DNA of 64,000 nt from the NCBI GenBank assembly GCA_963798585.1, contig CAWCTJ010000010.1, positions 138,198 through 202,197 of the forward strand, given 5' to 3'. Shown piece after piece: positions 23,586-34,177 of the stretch. The notes beneath the pieces were generated by a model. That model saw nothing but the letters and a program-made list of their open reading frames with translations, did not search any database and was not told the DNA's origin. Made by a program: the position numbers and the translations under genes. The DNA is from an uncultured Acidobacteriota bacterium. Lineage in GTDB: Bacteria > Acidobacteriota > Terriglobia > Acidiferrales > UBA7541. The stretch's first letter is position 1. The number at the start of each line of letters is the position of its first letter.

Positions 23586-23938
23586 GTCTGAAGTTGCAAT
23601 CCCATGACGACCGACAATGAAGAATTGAGCTATATGGCGTCTACTTTCCGATCATCCAATTTCCGATTACCGCTCTGATCTGGCATGAGTCGAACCACCA
23701 GAAACTCGATAGACTCGCTCACGGCGACAACCGACGGAGGCGTCCAGATGCGGTTGCAGCAGATTTACCTTCTGCACCTGCGTCTTATCGTAGCCCTATT
23801 TCATACCACTGGTCATAGGCAGATAGCGCGCACACGGAGGCTCTCGACGGCTCATAGAGATCTATTGGCGAAAGCTGTAAGTGGGACAACAGTTGTCTGA
23901 GCACCAGTCGATCGGGATCAAAACTACCTAACGTCCGT

Positions 23939-24520
23939 TTGCCTCCTTCCCGGGAAGCGCGACAAGGTCATAATCTCGGCGTCCGAATTTCCGACCGCGT
24001 CGAAAGAAAAGTGAAGGAGTTGTGGATAAACTTTATGGAGCAACTGATATTGTCAGCTGGGACGTCCAATGTACAATCGACTGGAAGAGCAGACCGTACA
24101 CGACGAAGGATGCTATATCTTCATAGCCTTTTTACGTCAGCCGCGAAAATCGCACGCGTCGCAAATCCCTTCGCGATGACGAAGGTGAAGATTGAGGCCG
24201 ACCACTTCCTAAACGAGAAAGATGCGCAGACATACAGGTCCTATCACGAAGAAATGGGGCACACTAAGCCTGATCAACGGGACAATATCGTTCGCCATTA
24301 CCCCGAAACGGCTGACGACTTTCACGGCGATACCCTGTTATGGCCTCAGTTGCGCGTCCAGCATGTGACACTCCTCCAACCAATGCTCCAGGGTGAGACT
24401 CGGGTTGTCCCGGACGTCTTCGATATTGAGTCGGACTGGGCAGAGCGAGGAAAAGACATCACCCGTGACTTGGCGCGCAAATTTCCAGATTACTCGGAAA
24501 CGAATCCTAATCCTCGTTAG
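23939..24520 (+). CDS. Hypothetical protein of atypical composition, possibly the remnant of a longer gene
   Basis: 193-aa ORF in a lower-GC patch. No motif recognised, and the upstream frames are interrupted by stops. Confidence 0.4.
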   Translation: MPPSREARQGHNLGVRISDRVERKVKELWINFMEQLILSAGTSNVQSTGRADRTRRRMLYLHSLFTSAAKIARVANPFAMTKVKIEADHFLNEKDAQTYRSYHEEMGHTKPDQRDNIVRHYPETADDFHGDTLLWPQLRVQHVTLLQPMLQGETRVVPDVFDIESDWAERGKDITRDLARKFPDYSETNPNPR

Positions 24521-25815
24521 TGGCGCCTTAATGTTTCGGGCCGGACTAGTAGTTGAACGTTCACAAGCATCGCAGCAAGTAGGGCGCCGCGTTCAGCCAT
24601 CTTCGATACCACGACGTATTCATCGGGCGAATGCGCGCCATCGCCAACCGCGCCCATATCCATCGAGCGTCGGCACATCCAAAGCCGCGGTAAGATTGCC
24701 ATCTGAGCCGCCGCCTGCGCAGCATTCGCCCAGCTCGACGCCCATTTCCCGCAGCGATCGTCTTGGCTCGCGCAAAAAGGCCGCGCTCATTTTTCGTTCG
24801 AGTGGCGGACGATCAAACCCTCCACTTATTTCCAGCCTTGCGCCCCGATTGAACGGGCCGCAATCCGCGCAGACGTTTCTCAGCTTCCGCATATCCGCAA
24901 CACTCAGCGCCCGCAAATCAAAAACTGCCCGCGCGCTGGTCCGCGATCACATTCGTCCGCGTCCCGCCCTCGACGATATCCGCGTTCACGCTGATCCCGC
25001 GTTTTACATCGTTCCATTTCTCCAACGCGCGAAATCTGCAACGCCAGTTCATGGATCGCGTTCACGCCATCCCGCGGCGCTAATCCCGCGTGCGAAGCGC
25101 GCCCATGCACAATCAATTCCGCTTCGCCGACGCCCTTCCGCGAAGTCTTCAGCAGTCCCCGCGTGCCAAACGCCGGCTCCAGCACAAACACCGCATCGCT
25201 CCTGCCGCGCCTCGGCTTCCAGCAATTTCCGCGACGACCCGCTCCCAATCTCCTCATCCGAAGTCCACAAAAACACCACGCGCTTCCGCAGCTTTTCCTC
25301 GGAACATCTCAGCAGCCGCCTGCAATTCCCGCAGCGCCCGAAACGTAAACAGGGCCTGGACAATCCCGGCCTTCATATCAAAAACGCCAGGGCCATAAGC
25401 CTTCCCGCCGCTCACGCGAAATGGCATACTCCGCAGCGTCCCGGACGCATAAACGGTGTCGTAATGCCCCAGTACCAGCAGTTGCCCGAGTTGCGCGCAC
25501 GGAATGCGTCGCGTGCGGTTGCCAAACAATGCGCAAGTGATCACCGCGAACGCGCTGCGGCACACGCTCTACAACCGCCCCCGCCGCCCGCCATTCCTTA
25601 GCAATCAGCGCGCAGCAACGATCCGCCGCCGCTTTCTCCAAACTGGGCGACTCGCACTCCACAAATCGCCGCAAACACGCGAGCATCTCGGCCGTCTGCG
25701 CCCGCAATTTCTTCAACAAAATTTTTGCGTGATGGTTTCCGGCATGCGCCGTCGATGCTAGCAACGCTCGCCGCCCGCAGCAAGCGCCGCTTCCTGGTAG
25801 CCCAGGCTTCTCCAT
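24517..25815 (-). CDS. M20 metallopeptidase, carboxypeptidase G2-like (many frameshifts)
   Basis: Fragments carry ECESPS, LGHYDTV, GPGVFDMKAG, TSDEEIGS, HGRASHAG, GGGSDGN and GAHSPDE. Confidence 0.85.
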
Positions 25816-26046
25816 CCTGCGCCTTTAGCGGTGATGAACCTCCCGATTGGCGTCTTTTTGGTCTTTGCGACGGCCCACCCGCCAATCTGGAGATTGGCGC
25901 GCCCAGGGGCCTCCTGGCCGCCGTCGTAGCATAACCCCGGCTAGCAAGCGTCTCGCAAATCCGCCGCCAATTCGCATATAATAAGAAGTTTGCCAAGCCA
26001 TTCCCAAAGCGCGACAGGGGCGCTAGCATCTCTTCAGGAGAGACGC

Positions 26047-26533
26047 ATGCTGATGGACGCGGTAGCCATACAAAAACTTCTTCCCCATCGTTATCCGTTT
26101 CTAATGGTGGATGGCATCCTGGAGATCGAACCGCTGAAACGTATCGTCGGCGTCAAAAACGTCAGCATCAACGAATCCTATTTCCAGGGCCATTTCCCCG
26201 GCAAACCGGTCATGCCTGGCGTGCTGATCATCGAAGCCATGGCGCAAACCGGCGGCCTGCTTTGCCTGCTCGAAATTCCCGACCGCGACAAAAAATTGCT
26301 CTACTTCGTGGCCGTGGACGACGCGCGCTTCCGCCGTCCGGTCGTTCCCGGCGACCAACTGCGCCTTGAGATGAACCTGGTTTTCTGGCGCCGCGATTTC
26401 TGCAAACTCGAAGGCCGAGCCACCGTCGATGGCCAACTCTGCGCCGAAGCCACCCTCATGTGCCGGATGGTCGATCGCGATGCTCTTCAGCCAGGCAACG
26501 CCGCCGCGGAAACGCGAAACGTCCGCGAAATGA
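26047..26533 (+). CDS. fabZ: 3-hydroxyacyl-ACP dehydratase
   Basis: [42 protein letters not shown]. The stop is inferred at the ATGA overlap with lpxA. Confidence 0.95.
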
Positions 26534-27314
26534 CCGCGCCAGCCATCCACGCCCAAGCGGTCGTCGCGCGCGGAGCCAAGATCGCTCCCAGCGTGACCAT
26601 CGGCGCCTACGCCGTCGTTGGCGAAGACGTGCAACTCGGCGAAGGCTGCGTCCTGCATCCCCACGCCGTGGTCACGGCCCACGGTCGCGGGCCGCAACAA
26701 TATTTTCCATCCCTTCTGCTCCATCGGCGGCGATCCCCAGGATCTGAAATTTGCCGGCGAAAAAGCCCATCTCGTCATCGGCGACGAAAATACTTTCCGC
26801 GAATACGTCACCGTCAGCCGCGGCACAGTCGGCGGCGGCGGCACCACCACCATCGGCAGCGGCAGCCTGTTCATGGCCTACTCGCACATCGCGCATGATT
26901 GCCACGTCGGCAACCAAACCATTTTCGCCAACGGCGCCACTCTGGCCGGCCACGTCACCGTGGAAGATTTCGCCACCGTCGGCGCCTTTTCTCCCGTGCA
27001 CCAGTTCTGCCGCATCGGCCGCTATGCCTACATCGGCGCTTCCACGGTCATCACCCAGGACGTGCCGCCATTTTCCCGCGTGGTCACCGAGCGCGAGACC
27101 ACCAGCTACGGCATCAACGCCGTCGGCCTGCAGCGCAAAGGATTTTCCGCCGAGCGCCTCAGCGCGCTGAAGAGCGCTTACCGCCTGCTGCTTCGCGCCA
27201 AGCTCAACACTTCCCAAGCCGTCGACGAAATGAAAAAGACTCTCGCCGGCTCCGCCGACGTCGCAAGAACTGATCCAATTCATCGAAACCGCCGAGCGCG
27301 GCATCGTCAAGTAG
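26530..27314 (+). CDS. lpxA: UDP-N-acetylglucosamine acyltransferase (frameshifted)
   Basis: Hexapeptide repeats, IGGDPQDLKF, FREYVTVSRGT, HIAHDC, VHQFCRIG. Confidence 0.95.
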
Positions 27315-27336
27315 CGTGCCGCTTACCGCTCCATCC

Positions 27337-28243
27337 ATGTCTAACGCAATTCTACCTCCAGCCCGATGCAAAGATTTCCGCCACCGGATGGGGCCTTATC
27401 GCCGGCAACGGCCGCTTTCCTTTTCTGGTCCTCGAAGGTGCGCGCCAGCAGGGCATCGACATGGCGGTAATCGCCATCAAGGAAGAAGCCTCGCCGGAAC
27501 TCGCCGCCAACGCCAAACGCATTCATTGGGTCAGCCTCGGCGAACTCAGCAAGACCATCGACCTGCTGCATCAGGAAGGCGTCACGCAAGCGGTCATGGC
27601 CGGCCAGGTAAAGCACAACAAAATTTTCAGTTCCATCCGCCCGGACTGGAAGCTCGCCAAGCTGCTCTTCTCCCTCACCACCAAAAACACCGACTCGCTC
27701 ATCGGCGGCGTCGCCAAAATTCTCGAAGACGAAGCGCATTCATCTCGTCGACTCCACGCTTTTTCTCCAGCCACTGGTTCCCGCGGCCGGCGTTCTGACC
27801 CGCCGCTCTCCGAGCGATCAGGAAGCCTCCGACATCGCCTACGGCCTCGCCATCGCCAGAAACATTTCCGCCATGGACATCGGCCAAACCATCGTCGTCT
27901 CCGACGGCGCCTGCGTGGCCGTCGAAGCCATGGAAGGCACCGACGAAACCATCGACCGCGCCGCGCGCCTCACCTCGGGCCGAAGCTGGAAAAGCCTCTG
28001 GTTGTCATAAAGGTCAGCAAGCCCGGCCAGGACATGCGCTTCGACGTACCCGTCGTCGGCCTCTCCACCATCGAACACATGAAGAGCGCTGGCGCCACTG
28101 CGCTGGCCATCGACGCCGGACGCACGCTGTTATTCGATCGCACAAAATTATTGGAGTTTGCGGACGCCTGCGGGTATCGCTATCCAGGCTTTTCCGCCGG
28201 AGACAACTCCGGAACCAAGCGATATTTCCGTGGGAACAAATAA
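27337..28243 (+). CDS. lpxI: UDP-2,3-diacylglucosamine pyrophosphatase LpxI family (frameshifted)
   Basis: GLIAGNGRFP, VMAGQVKH, DIGQTIVV...AVEAMEGTD (alternate frame), KPGQDMRFDVPVVG. Follows lpxA. Confidence 0.9.
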
Positions 28244-28246
28244 AAA

Positions 28247-29282
28247 ATGAACGCTCCCACAGAACCTCAGTCGCAAAAAATCCGCGTCGCGTGTAGTCGG
28301 CGCGGGAGAATTCGGCCGCAACCACGCCCGCGTCTACCGCGAACTGGAAAGCGTTGAGTTTGTCGGCGTGTTCGATTCCGATCCCGCCAAATCTAGCCGC
28401 TGTGGCTGCGGAATTTCGCGTCCCCGTGTTTGACTTCCATCGCGGATCTGCCGCGGCCGCGCCGACGCCGTCAGCGTCGCCGTCCCCACCATCGCGCACG
28501 CGCAAGTCGGCTGCCAGCTGATGGACCTGGGACTCGACGTCCTGGTCGAAAAGCCCATGGCCGCCACGCTAGCGGAGGCCGACGAATTACTCGCCGCTGC
28601 AAAACGCAACAAACGCATCCTGCAGGTCGGTCACGTCGAACGTTTCAATCCCGCCGTCGTCGCGGTCCTGCCCATCGTCAACCGTCCGCTCTTCTTTGAG
28701 GTTCACCGTTTGGGCGTCTTCACTCCGCGCAGCCTCGATGTCGACGTAATCTTCGATCTGATGATTCACGATCTGGACATTCTTCTCGCCATCGTCAAGC
28801 AACCCGTCACCGAAGTTAAATCCGTCGGTATCCCCGTGCTCACCGACAAAGTCGATATCGCCCACGCGCGTCTCGAATTTGCAGGCGGCGCCGTCGCCAA
28901 CGTCACCGCCAGCCGCGTCTCCACCGAGCGCGTCCGCAAAATGCGCTTCTTCCAGCAGCACGAGTATATTTCTCTGGACTACGCTCGCCGTGACGCGCTG
29001 CGAGTCGGCGTCAAGCGCCCCGGCCCGCAACCCGAATTTGCCTTCGAAAAATTGCCCGCGCCGGAAACTGAACCGCTGCGCGCCGAACTCGAAGCCTTCG
29101 TTCATGCGGTACAAACCCGTCAACAACCCGTAACCGATGGCGCAGCCGGGCGCGCTGCTCTCGACCTAGCTTCCCGCGTCATGGCAAGCATCCTTGCCCA
29201 CGCGGAAAGCGTCCATATCTCTAGCAAACCGCCAGCGCCAACAGCCGGCGCACCCGTTTTATTTGAAAAAAGAGCGCAATGA
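28247..29282 (+). CDS. Gfo/Idh/MocA oxidoreductase (GnnA-like by context; 5' frameshifts)
   Basis: VVGAGEFGRNHARVY, VLVEKPMA, QVGHVERFNPA, DLMIHDLD, TASRVS. Confidence 0.9.
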
Positions 29283-30604
29283 TCCCCAGAACCCTCGTTC
29301 CCGTCGATGCCCGCCCGCCTGCCCAAAATGGCGCGGAACCTTCCACGCGCCGTCGTCCCACCGCGCTCGATGAACGCACCCTCGTTCCAGCCATGCTGCC
29401 GATCGTCGTCCTCGATGGCCGCACCACCATCCCCGCCAACCTCCCGCTGGAGTCCATCTCCGCGCGCGTCGTGGTCCCGCGCGATATCAATCGCGAAGCC
29501 TACGGCGTCATCGAAGATCACTCCATCCCGTTGCAGCCCACGGAACTGGATGAGCGCGTCATCGTTCCTACCGGTTCCAGGCTTCCCGAAATCGTCGCGC
29601 CCCCCGAGTTTAAGCCGCCAGACGACATTGTCGCGCCGGACGTTTTCACTTCCGGTGAAGTCCACCTCGTCGCCGAGACTGTCAAAGAAGAAACCGCCAA
29701 GTGGGATGCCATCAAGCTCGTCGCATCCATCGCCGTTCACATTCTTTTGGTTTTCGCTTTGATCCAGTTTCTCGCTCGTCGTCCAACCACTCGGCAAGAC
29801 GAGGAAATTGCCCGCCAGATATTTACGCCGCTCGTCGCTCCAAATATGTTGGATCTCGAACAGCCGAAATCGGTAGCTCCTCCCGCTCCGCACATTAAAG
29901 TGGACCCGCGTGTGGTAGCTACTGTTGCTCCTCCAGAGCCCAAGGTAGAGACGCCCAAAATTCCAGAACCCGCCCGCGAACTCCCGGCCGCTCCAGTGGC
30001 CAAGTCAACTGTGCAACAACCCGCGCTGGATAACGGCCCGACTCCAAAGTCCGAGACTCCCAAGCCGAAGCTGCAACTGGAAGTCCCGGATGTCCCGACG
30101 CCGAATTCCCATCTCCAGCTCCCGCAATCCGCCACTTCCGGCCAGTCGCTCAACGATCTGCTGCACGGTGGCGCGCAAAAGCCCTCTGGTCCCAGCGCCA
30201 TCGGCGGCGGCGGTCCAATCCATTCGGGGAGCGGTGGTCGTGGCGGAGCCGCCTATGGCGGCCTCGAAATGCTTACGCCCGATGAGGGCGTGGACTTCAG
30301 CGGGTATCTTCAGCGCGTCTATCTCACCGTCAAGCGCAATTGGTTCGCGGTCATGCCTTCCTCCGTGGAACTCGGCGAAAGAGGTATCGTCCAGCTGACC
30401 TTCCGCATCAACCGCGACGGCAGCGTGCCCGGCGCCGATCCGCAAATTCAGCGCAACTCCGGGAAAGAGCCTCTCGACCGTGCCGCTTACTCTTCGGTTC
30501 GCGCTTCCAATCCTTTCGAACAACTTCCCCCGCAATTCAGCGGCCCCTACATCGAGCTGCGCTACACCTACTTCTACAACATCGACCCCAACTCCGTGCG
30601 CTAG
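29279..30604 (+). CDS. TonB/TolA-family energy transducer with a long cytoplasmic N-terminus
   Basis: TM helix with SIAVH (SxxxH), a Pro-rich linker, and a C-terminal VKRNW...FRINRDG...SGKEPLDRAA...PFEQLP domain. Confidence 0.88.
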   Translation: MIPRTLVPVDARPPAQNGAEPSTRRRPTALDERTLVPAMLPIVVLDGRTTIPANLPLESISARVVVPRDINREAYGVIEDHSIPLQPTELDERVIVPTGSRLPEIVAPPEFKPPDDIVAPDVFTSGEVHLVAETVKEETAKWDAIKLVASIAVHILLVFALIQFLARRPTTRQDEEIARQIFTPLVAPNMLDLEQPKSVAPPAPHIKVDPRVVATVAPPEPKVETPKIPEPARELPAAPVAKSTVQQPALDNGPTPKSETPKPKLQLEVPDVPTPNSHLQLPQSATSGQSLNDLLHGGAQKPSGPSAIGGGGPIHSGSGGRGGAAYGGLEMLTPDEGVDFSGYLQRVYLTVKRNWFAVMPSSVELGERGIVQLTFRINRDGSVPGADPQIQRNSGKEPLDRAAYSSVRASNPFEQLPPQFSGPYIELRYTYFYNIDPNSVR

Positions 30605-30611
30605 TAGCCGC

Positions 30612-30832
30612 GTGACGTGCGACAACCACCATATGATGGCGTGCGCCAACCACCATGTGGCGTGCCACAACCACCATATTGTCATTCCTCGCAAAGCGAG
30701 GAATCTGCTTTTCGCTGCGCCAATTAACAGGTAAATGCAAACGCCCGATCTCTCTTAGCTCGATCTCGTTTGGGAGGGCCCGACTTCAGTCGGGCCGAAA
30801 ACCACTAAAGACGTGGGGCTTCAGCCCCTGAG
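30612..30832 (+). repeat. Repeat cluster: three 21-24-bp tandem units, a GTCATTCC REP and GGAG-type palindromes
   Basis: GTGC..CAACCACCAT x3, GTCATTCCTCGCAAAGCGAGGAATCTGC (30681), GGCCCGACTTCAGTCGGGCC, GGGGCTTCAGCCCC. Confidence 0.8.
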
Positions 30833-30943
30833 GTGAGAAGCTATAACCGTGAAGCTCGTCCGCCAACAAGTCCTCGGCAGCCTGCTCCTAGCGCTAATCG
30901 TGCTCCTCATTTTCTTGTTCCGCGCCCGCCACATCCTCTTCCC

Positions 30944-31936
30944 ATGAACGCCTCAGAGAACCCGCCACTGCTAGCCATCCTTGGCCCCACGGCCTCCGGC
31001 AAATCCGCCCTGGCGATCCACCTGGCGCATCAACTGAACGGCGAAGTCATCGCCTGCGATTCCACGCAACTCTACCGTGGCTTCGACATCGGCACAGGCA
31101 AACCCACATCCGCCGAACGTCAAGGCATCCCGCATCATCTGCTCGATGTTTTAAATCCCAACGAAGAAGCCACCGCCGGCGGCTATCGCGAAATGGCTTT
31201 GGCCGTCCTAAACGATCTCCGCGCGCGCGAAAAACTTCCCATTCTAACTGTAGGCACTGGCCTCTACCTGCGCGCCCTGTTCGAGGGCCTCGCCGACCTT
31301 CCGCAACGTTCCGAAGACCTCCGTGCCCGTCTTCGCGTCAGCATCGAAAAACACGGACCGGAATATTTGCACCGTCTCCTAAAGCGCCTCGACCCGCGAT
31401 CCGCGCATCGCATCGCGCCCGCGGACACGCAAAAATTGATCCGCGCCATAGAAGTCTGCATCCTAACCCGCAAGCCCCTAACGCAAGTCCACAGCGAGGG
31501 CCGCAGCCCGCTCCAAGGTTGGCAAATCATAAAAATTGGCCTCCAGCCCCCGCGCGAAGAACTCTACGCCCGCATTCACACTCGTATCGACAACATGCTG
31601 GCCGCCGGCTGGCAAGATGAAGTAACGCACCTGCTAGCCGCGACCTCGCCTGAAAATCGCCAGGCTGCCGCAAGCGCGCCAGAGAACGCCAAGCCCTTCG
31701 ATTTCCTGGGTTACCGCGAACTAGCCGCCGTCAGCCGAAACGAACTCTCCCTTGCGGAAGCCTGCGCCGCCATCCAACAATCCACCCGTCGCTACGCCAA
31801 GCGCCAGCAAACCTGGTTCCGCCGCGAACAGTCCGTAACCTGGTTCGCCGGTTTCGGCGACCAGTCGCAACTCCAAGCCGAAATTCTGCGGTGGCTAAAA
31901 CGTTGTAGCGGCGGGTCTTCAGACCCGTGCCTTTGA
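30944..31936 (+). CDS. miaA: tRNA dimethylallyltransferase
   Basis: GPTASGKS, DSTQLYRGFDIGTGKP, GTGLYLRAL, TRRYAKRQQTWFR. Confidence 0.96.
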   Translation: MNASENPPLLAILGPTASGKSALAIHLAHQLNGEVIACDSTQLYRGFDIGTGKPTSAERQGIPHHLLDVLNPNEEATAGGYREMALAVLNDLRAREKLPILTVGTGLYLRALFEGLADLPQRSEDLRARLRVSIEKHGPEYLHRLLKRLDPRSAHRIAPADTQKLIRAIEVCILTRKPLTQVHSEGRSPLQGWQIIKIGLQPPREELYARIHTRIDNMLAAGWQDEVTHLLAATSPENRQAAASAPENAKPFDFLGYRELAAVSRNELSLAEACAAIQQSTRRYAKRQQTWFRREQSVTWFAGFGDQSQLQAEILRWLKRCSGGSSDPCL

Positions 31937-32004
31937 CCTTAAGCATTTCACTGGACTTAAAAGTTGGCCTCCGACTTTGTAGCGGCCGGGCTTCAGTCCC
32001 GGCC
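31904..32004 (+). repeat. Two GTAG-type REP palindromes
   Basis: TGTAGCGGCGGGTCTTCAGACCCG and TGTAGCGGCCGGGCTTCAGTCCCGGCC. The second recurs at 34178. Confidence 0.8.
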
Positions 32005-32069
32005 TTAGCCTTTTTCAACCAGCCCACCCGCGCCGTAAACGTCACAGCGCAGCCACGCCAGAACCATTT

Positions 32070-32320
32070 TCCGCTAGACTTCCTAGATACCTTATGCTAT
32101 ATTTGCTCTCGTAGATAACCACGTTTAGGGTTCTCCTTCGTAGTTGCAAATTGGTAACGCCAAAGCCCCCTTTATCTACGTTTAACCCCTGTATTGTCTA
32201 TCTCTTTCGCAGAGTCGCAAAAACCAGAATTTCTTAACCCTTTAGAATCTATATCTTATAAATCGCATGCCGTGTAACTCCTTTACGGCCTATATGTTTC
32301 ATAAAGAAGGGGGTGGGGGT
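32070..32320 (+). repeat. Promoter/repeat/G-run element, copy 2 (diverged)
   Basis: TAGACT(32075)-17-TATATT with TGn. Three related repeats beginning TAAC..CT (32183, 32235, 32275). Ends AAAGAAGGGGGTGGGGG. Confidence 0.65.
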
Positions 32321-32462
32321 GAGTCGCATTTCCACCGTTCAGAAAGCTCCAGTGCCGGGGTGCCTAGGCGATCCTTCGCCCATGCTCTGCCAGCAGCGTA
32401 TAATCTTGACGACGGTCGTCTATCCTTCTATGACCCAGGAAAGCTCTCGTAGGTAATCGTTC

Positions 32463-33932
32463 GTGACCAAGTCCCCACAACAAGTCTCCAACGCCGAGCG
32501 CGCCCTGCTTGTCGGCATCGGCTGGAAACGCGCCCCGCGTTTCCCCGGCATGCCCGCGGGCGAACAAGGCCGCGAATCGCTGCTCGAGCTGGTGGAATTA
32601 GCCACCAGCGCCGGCGCCGCTATCGTCTCCACTGTCTTCCAGGTGCGCGAGTCCGCAGATCCGGCCACCCTTGTCGGCCGCGGCAAGCTCGACGAGATTC
32701 GCGCCGAAGCGAACGCCCACCAGGCGCAACTCATCATTTTTGACAGCAATCTTTCTCCCGTGCAGCAGCGCAATATAGAGGAACTCACCGAGCGGCGTGT
32801 CATCGATCGCACACAATTAATTCTGGATATTTTCGCGCGCCACGCGCGCAGCCGCGAAGGCCAGTTGCAAGTGGAATTGGCGCAGCTCAATTACATGCTT
32901 CCGCGTCTCACCGGCAAAGGCACCGCCATGTCCCGCCTCGGAGGCAAGAGCGGCGGCGGTGGTTCGGGAGGCGCAGGCGGCGGAGCAGGCCGCATCGGCG
33001 TCCGTGGCCCCGGAGAAAAAAAGCTGGAAACCGACCGCCGCCGCATCCGCGATCGCGTCAGCAAAATCAAAGCCGCCATCGAAGAAGTACGCAAGCAGCG
33101 CGCCCTCCGGCGCGAAGCCAGAAACGCCATTCCGCTCGGTACCATCGCGCTAGTCGGCTATACCAACGCCGGAAAATCCACGCTCTTCAACGCCCTAAGC
33201 AGCGCCGAAGTTCTGGTTTCCTCACGTATGTTCGCCACGCTCGATCCCACCATTCGCGCCGTGCGCCTGCCCTCGCACCGCCGCGTGCTGGTCTCGGACA
33301 CCGTCGGCTTTATCCGCGATCTTCCTAAAGGACTGCTAACCGCCTTCCGCGCCACGCTCGAAGAGGTGCAGGAGGCCGCGCTAATTCTGCACGTCAGCGA
33401 CGTCTCCAATCCCCATCACGCGGAACTCGACGAAGAGGTGCGCAAAATTTTGGATGAGCTCGGCGTCTCCAAGACGCCGGTCCTGCGCGTGCTTAATAAA
33501 ATCGATCGCCTAACATTGGAAGAACGCAAAACGCTCTCGCGAGAAACTGTCAAGGAATACGCGGAAAACGGAACCGACGATTGTACGCAGCGGGATGATT
33601 CACTACGCGATGGTTTGAGAAACGCCGGCCCGATTGGCGCTTCCGACTGTTCCCCGGTCCTGGTTTCCGGCCTGACCGGCGAAGGCATCGACGAATTGCT
33701 CCGCCGCATTGATCAGGCCATGCCCACTGACCCGGCCGTAGCCGTGTCGCTCCGCATGCCCTTGGCCGAAGGACGCAAACTCGCCCTGATCCATGCGCTG
33801 GGAAAGGTCCTGCGCTCGGAAGTCGATGATTCGCATATGTTTCTGGACGCCGAAGTGCCGGAATCCGTGGTCCGCAGCCTGCGCCTGAAGGACTATAAGT
33901 TTGCGGGAACTTTTCCCGTCCCGGTAGCGTAA
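32463..33932 (+). CDS. hflX: GTPase HflX
   Basis: DRTQLILDIFARHARSREG, GPGEKKLETDRR, GYTNAGKSTL, FATLDPT, DTVGFI, NKID. Confidence 0.96.
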   Translation: MTKSPQQVSNAERALLVGIGWKRAPRFPGMPAGEQGRESLLELVELATSAGAAIVSTVFQVRESADPATLVGRGKLDEIRAEANAHQAQLIIFDSNLSPVQQRNIEELTERRVIDRTQLILDIFARHARSREGQLQVELAQLNYMLPRLTGKGTAMSRLGGKSGGGGSGGAGGGAGRIGVRGPGEKKLETDRRRIRDRVSKIKAAIEEVRKQRALRREARNAIPLGTIALVGYTNAGKSTLFNALSSAEVLVSSRMFATLDPTIRAVRLPSHRRVLVSDTVGFIRDLPKGLLTAFRATLEEVQEAALILHVSDVSNPHHAELDEEVRKILDELGVSKTPVLRVLNKIDRLTLEERKTLSRETVKEYAENGTDDCTQRDDSLRDGLRNAGPIGASDCSPVLVSGLTGEGIDELLRRIDQAMPTDPAVAVSLRMPLAEGRKLALIHALGKVLRSEVDDSHMFLDAEVPESVVRSLRLKDYKFAGTFPVPVA

Positions 33933-33953
33933 ATAGAGTTAGGAGACACCACC

Positions 33954-34154
33954 ATGATCGCTCTAGTCCTCTGGTGCTTCTTGTTCATACTCTGCTGGCC
34001 CTTGGCCCTGCTGGCGCTGATCGCCTACCCGTTCGTCTGGCTGATCACGTTGCCGTTCCGCATTGTCGGAATCGCCGTCCACGGCGTCTTTGCCCTGCTC
34101 ACCGCCATCTTCCTGCTCCCGGTCCGCCTGCTCCGCGGCCCCCGCCTGATCTAG
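33954..34154 (+). CDS. Small hydrophobic membrane protein
   Basis: 66 aa, almost entirely hydrophobic, with an AGGAG RBS. Confidence 0.8.
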   Translation: MIALVLWCFLFILCWPLALLALIAYPFVWLITLPFRIVGIAVHGVFALLTAIFLLPVRLLRGPRLI

Positions 34155-34177
34155 CAACGCGCCCGCACCGAACGATT

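Noticed and set aside
24021-24029. Perfect DnaA box TGTGGATAA
   Set aside because: It is a single isolated occurrence inside an ORF and could arise by chance.
25990-26898. Apparent FabZ-LpxA fusion
   Set aside because: An ATGA stop/start overlap at 26530-26533 indicates two coupled genes joined by an indel. This needs read confirmation.
30612-30680. Tandem repeats as a mini-CRISPR
   Set aside because: There are no unique spacers of CRISPR length and no cas genes. The same applies to the repeats at 7246, 12104 and 53186.
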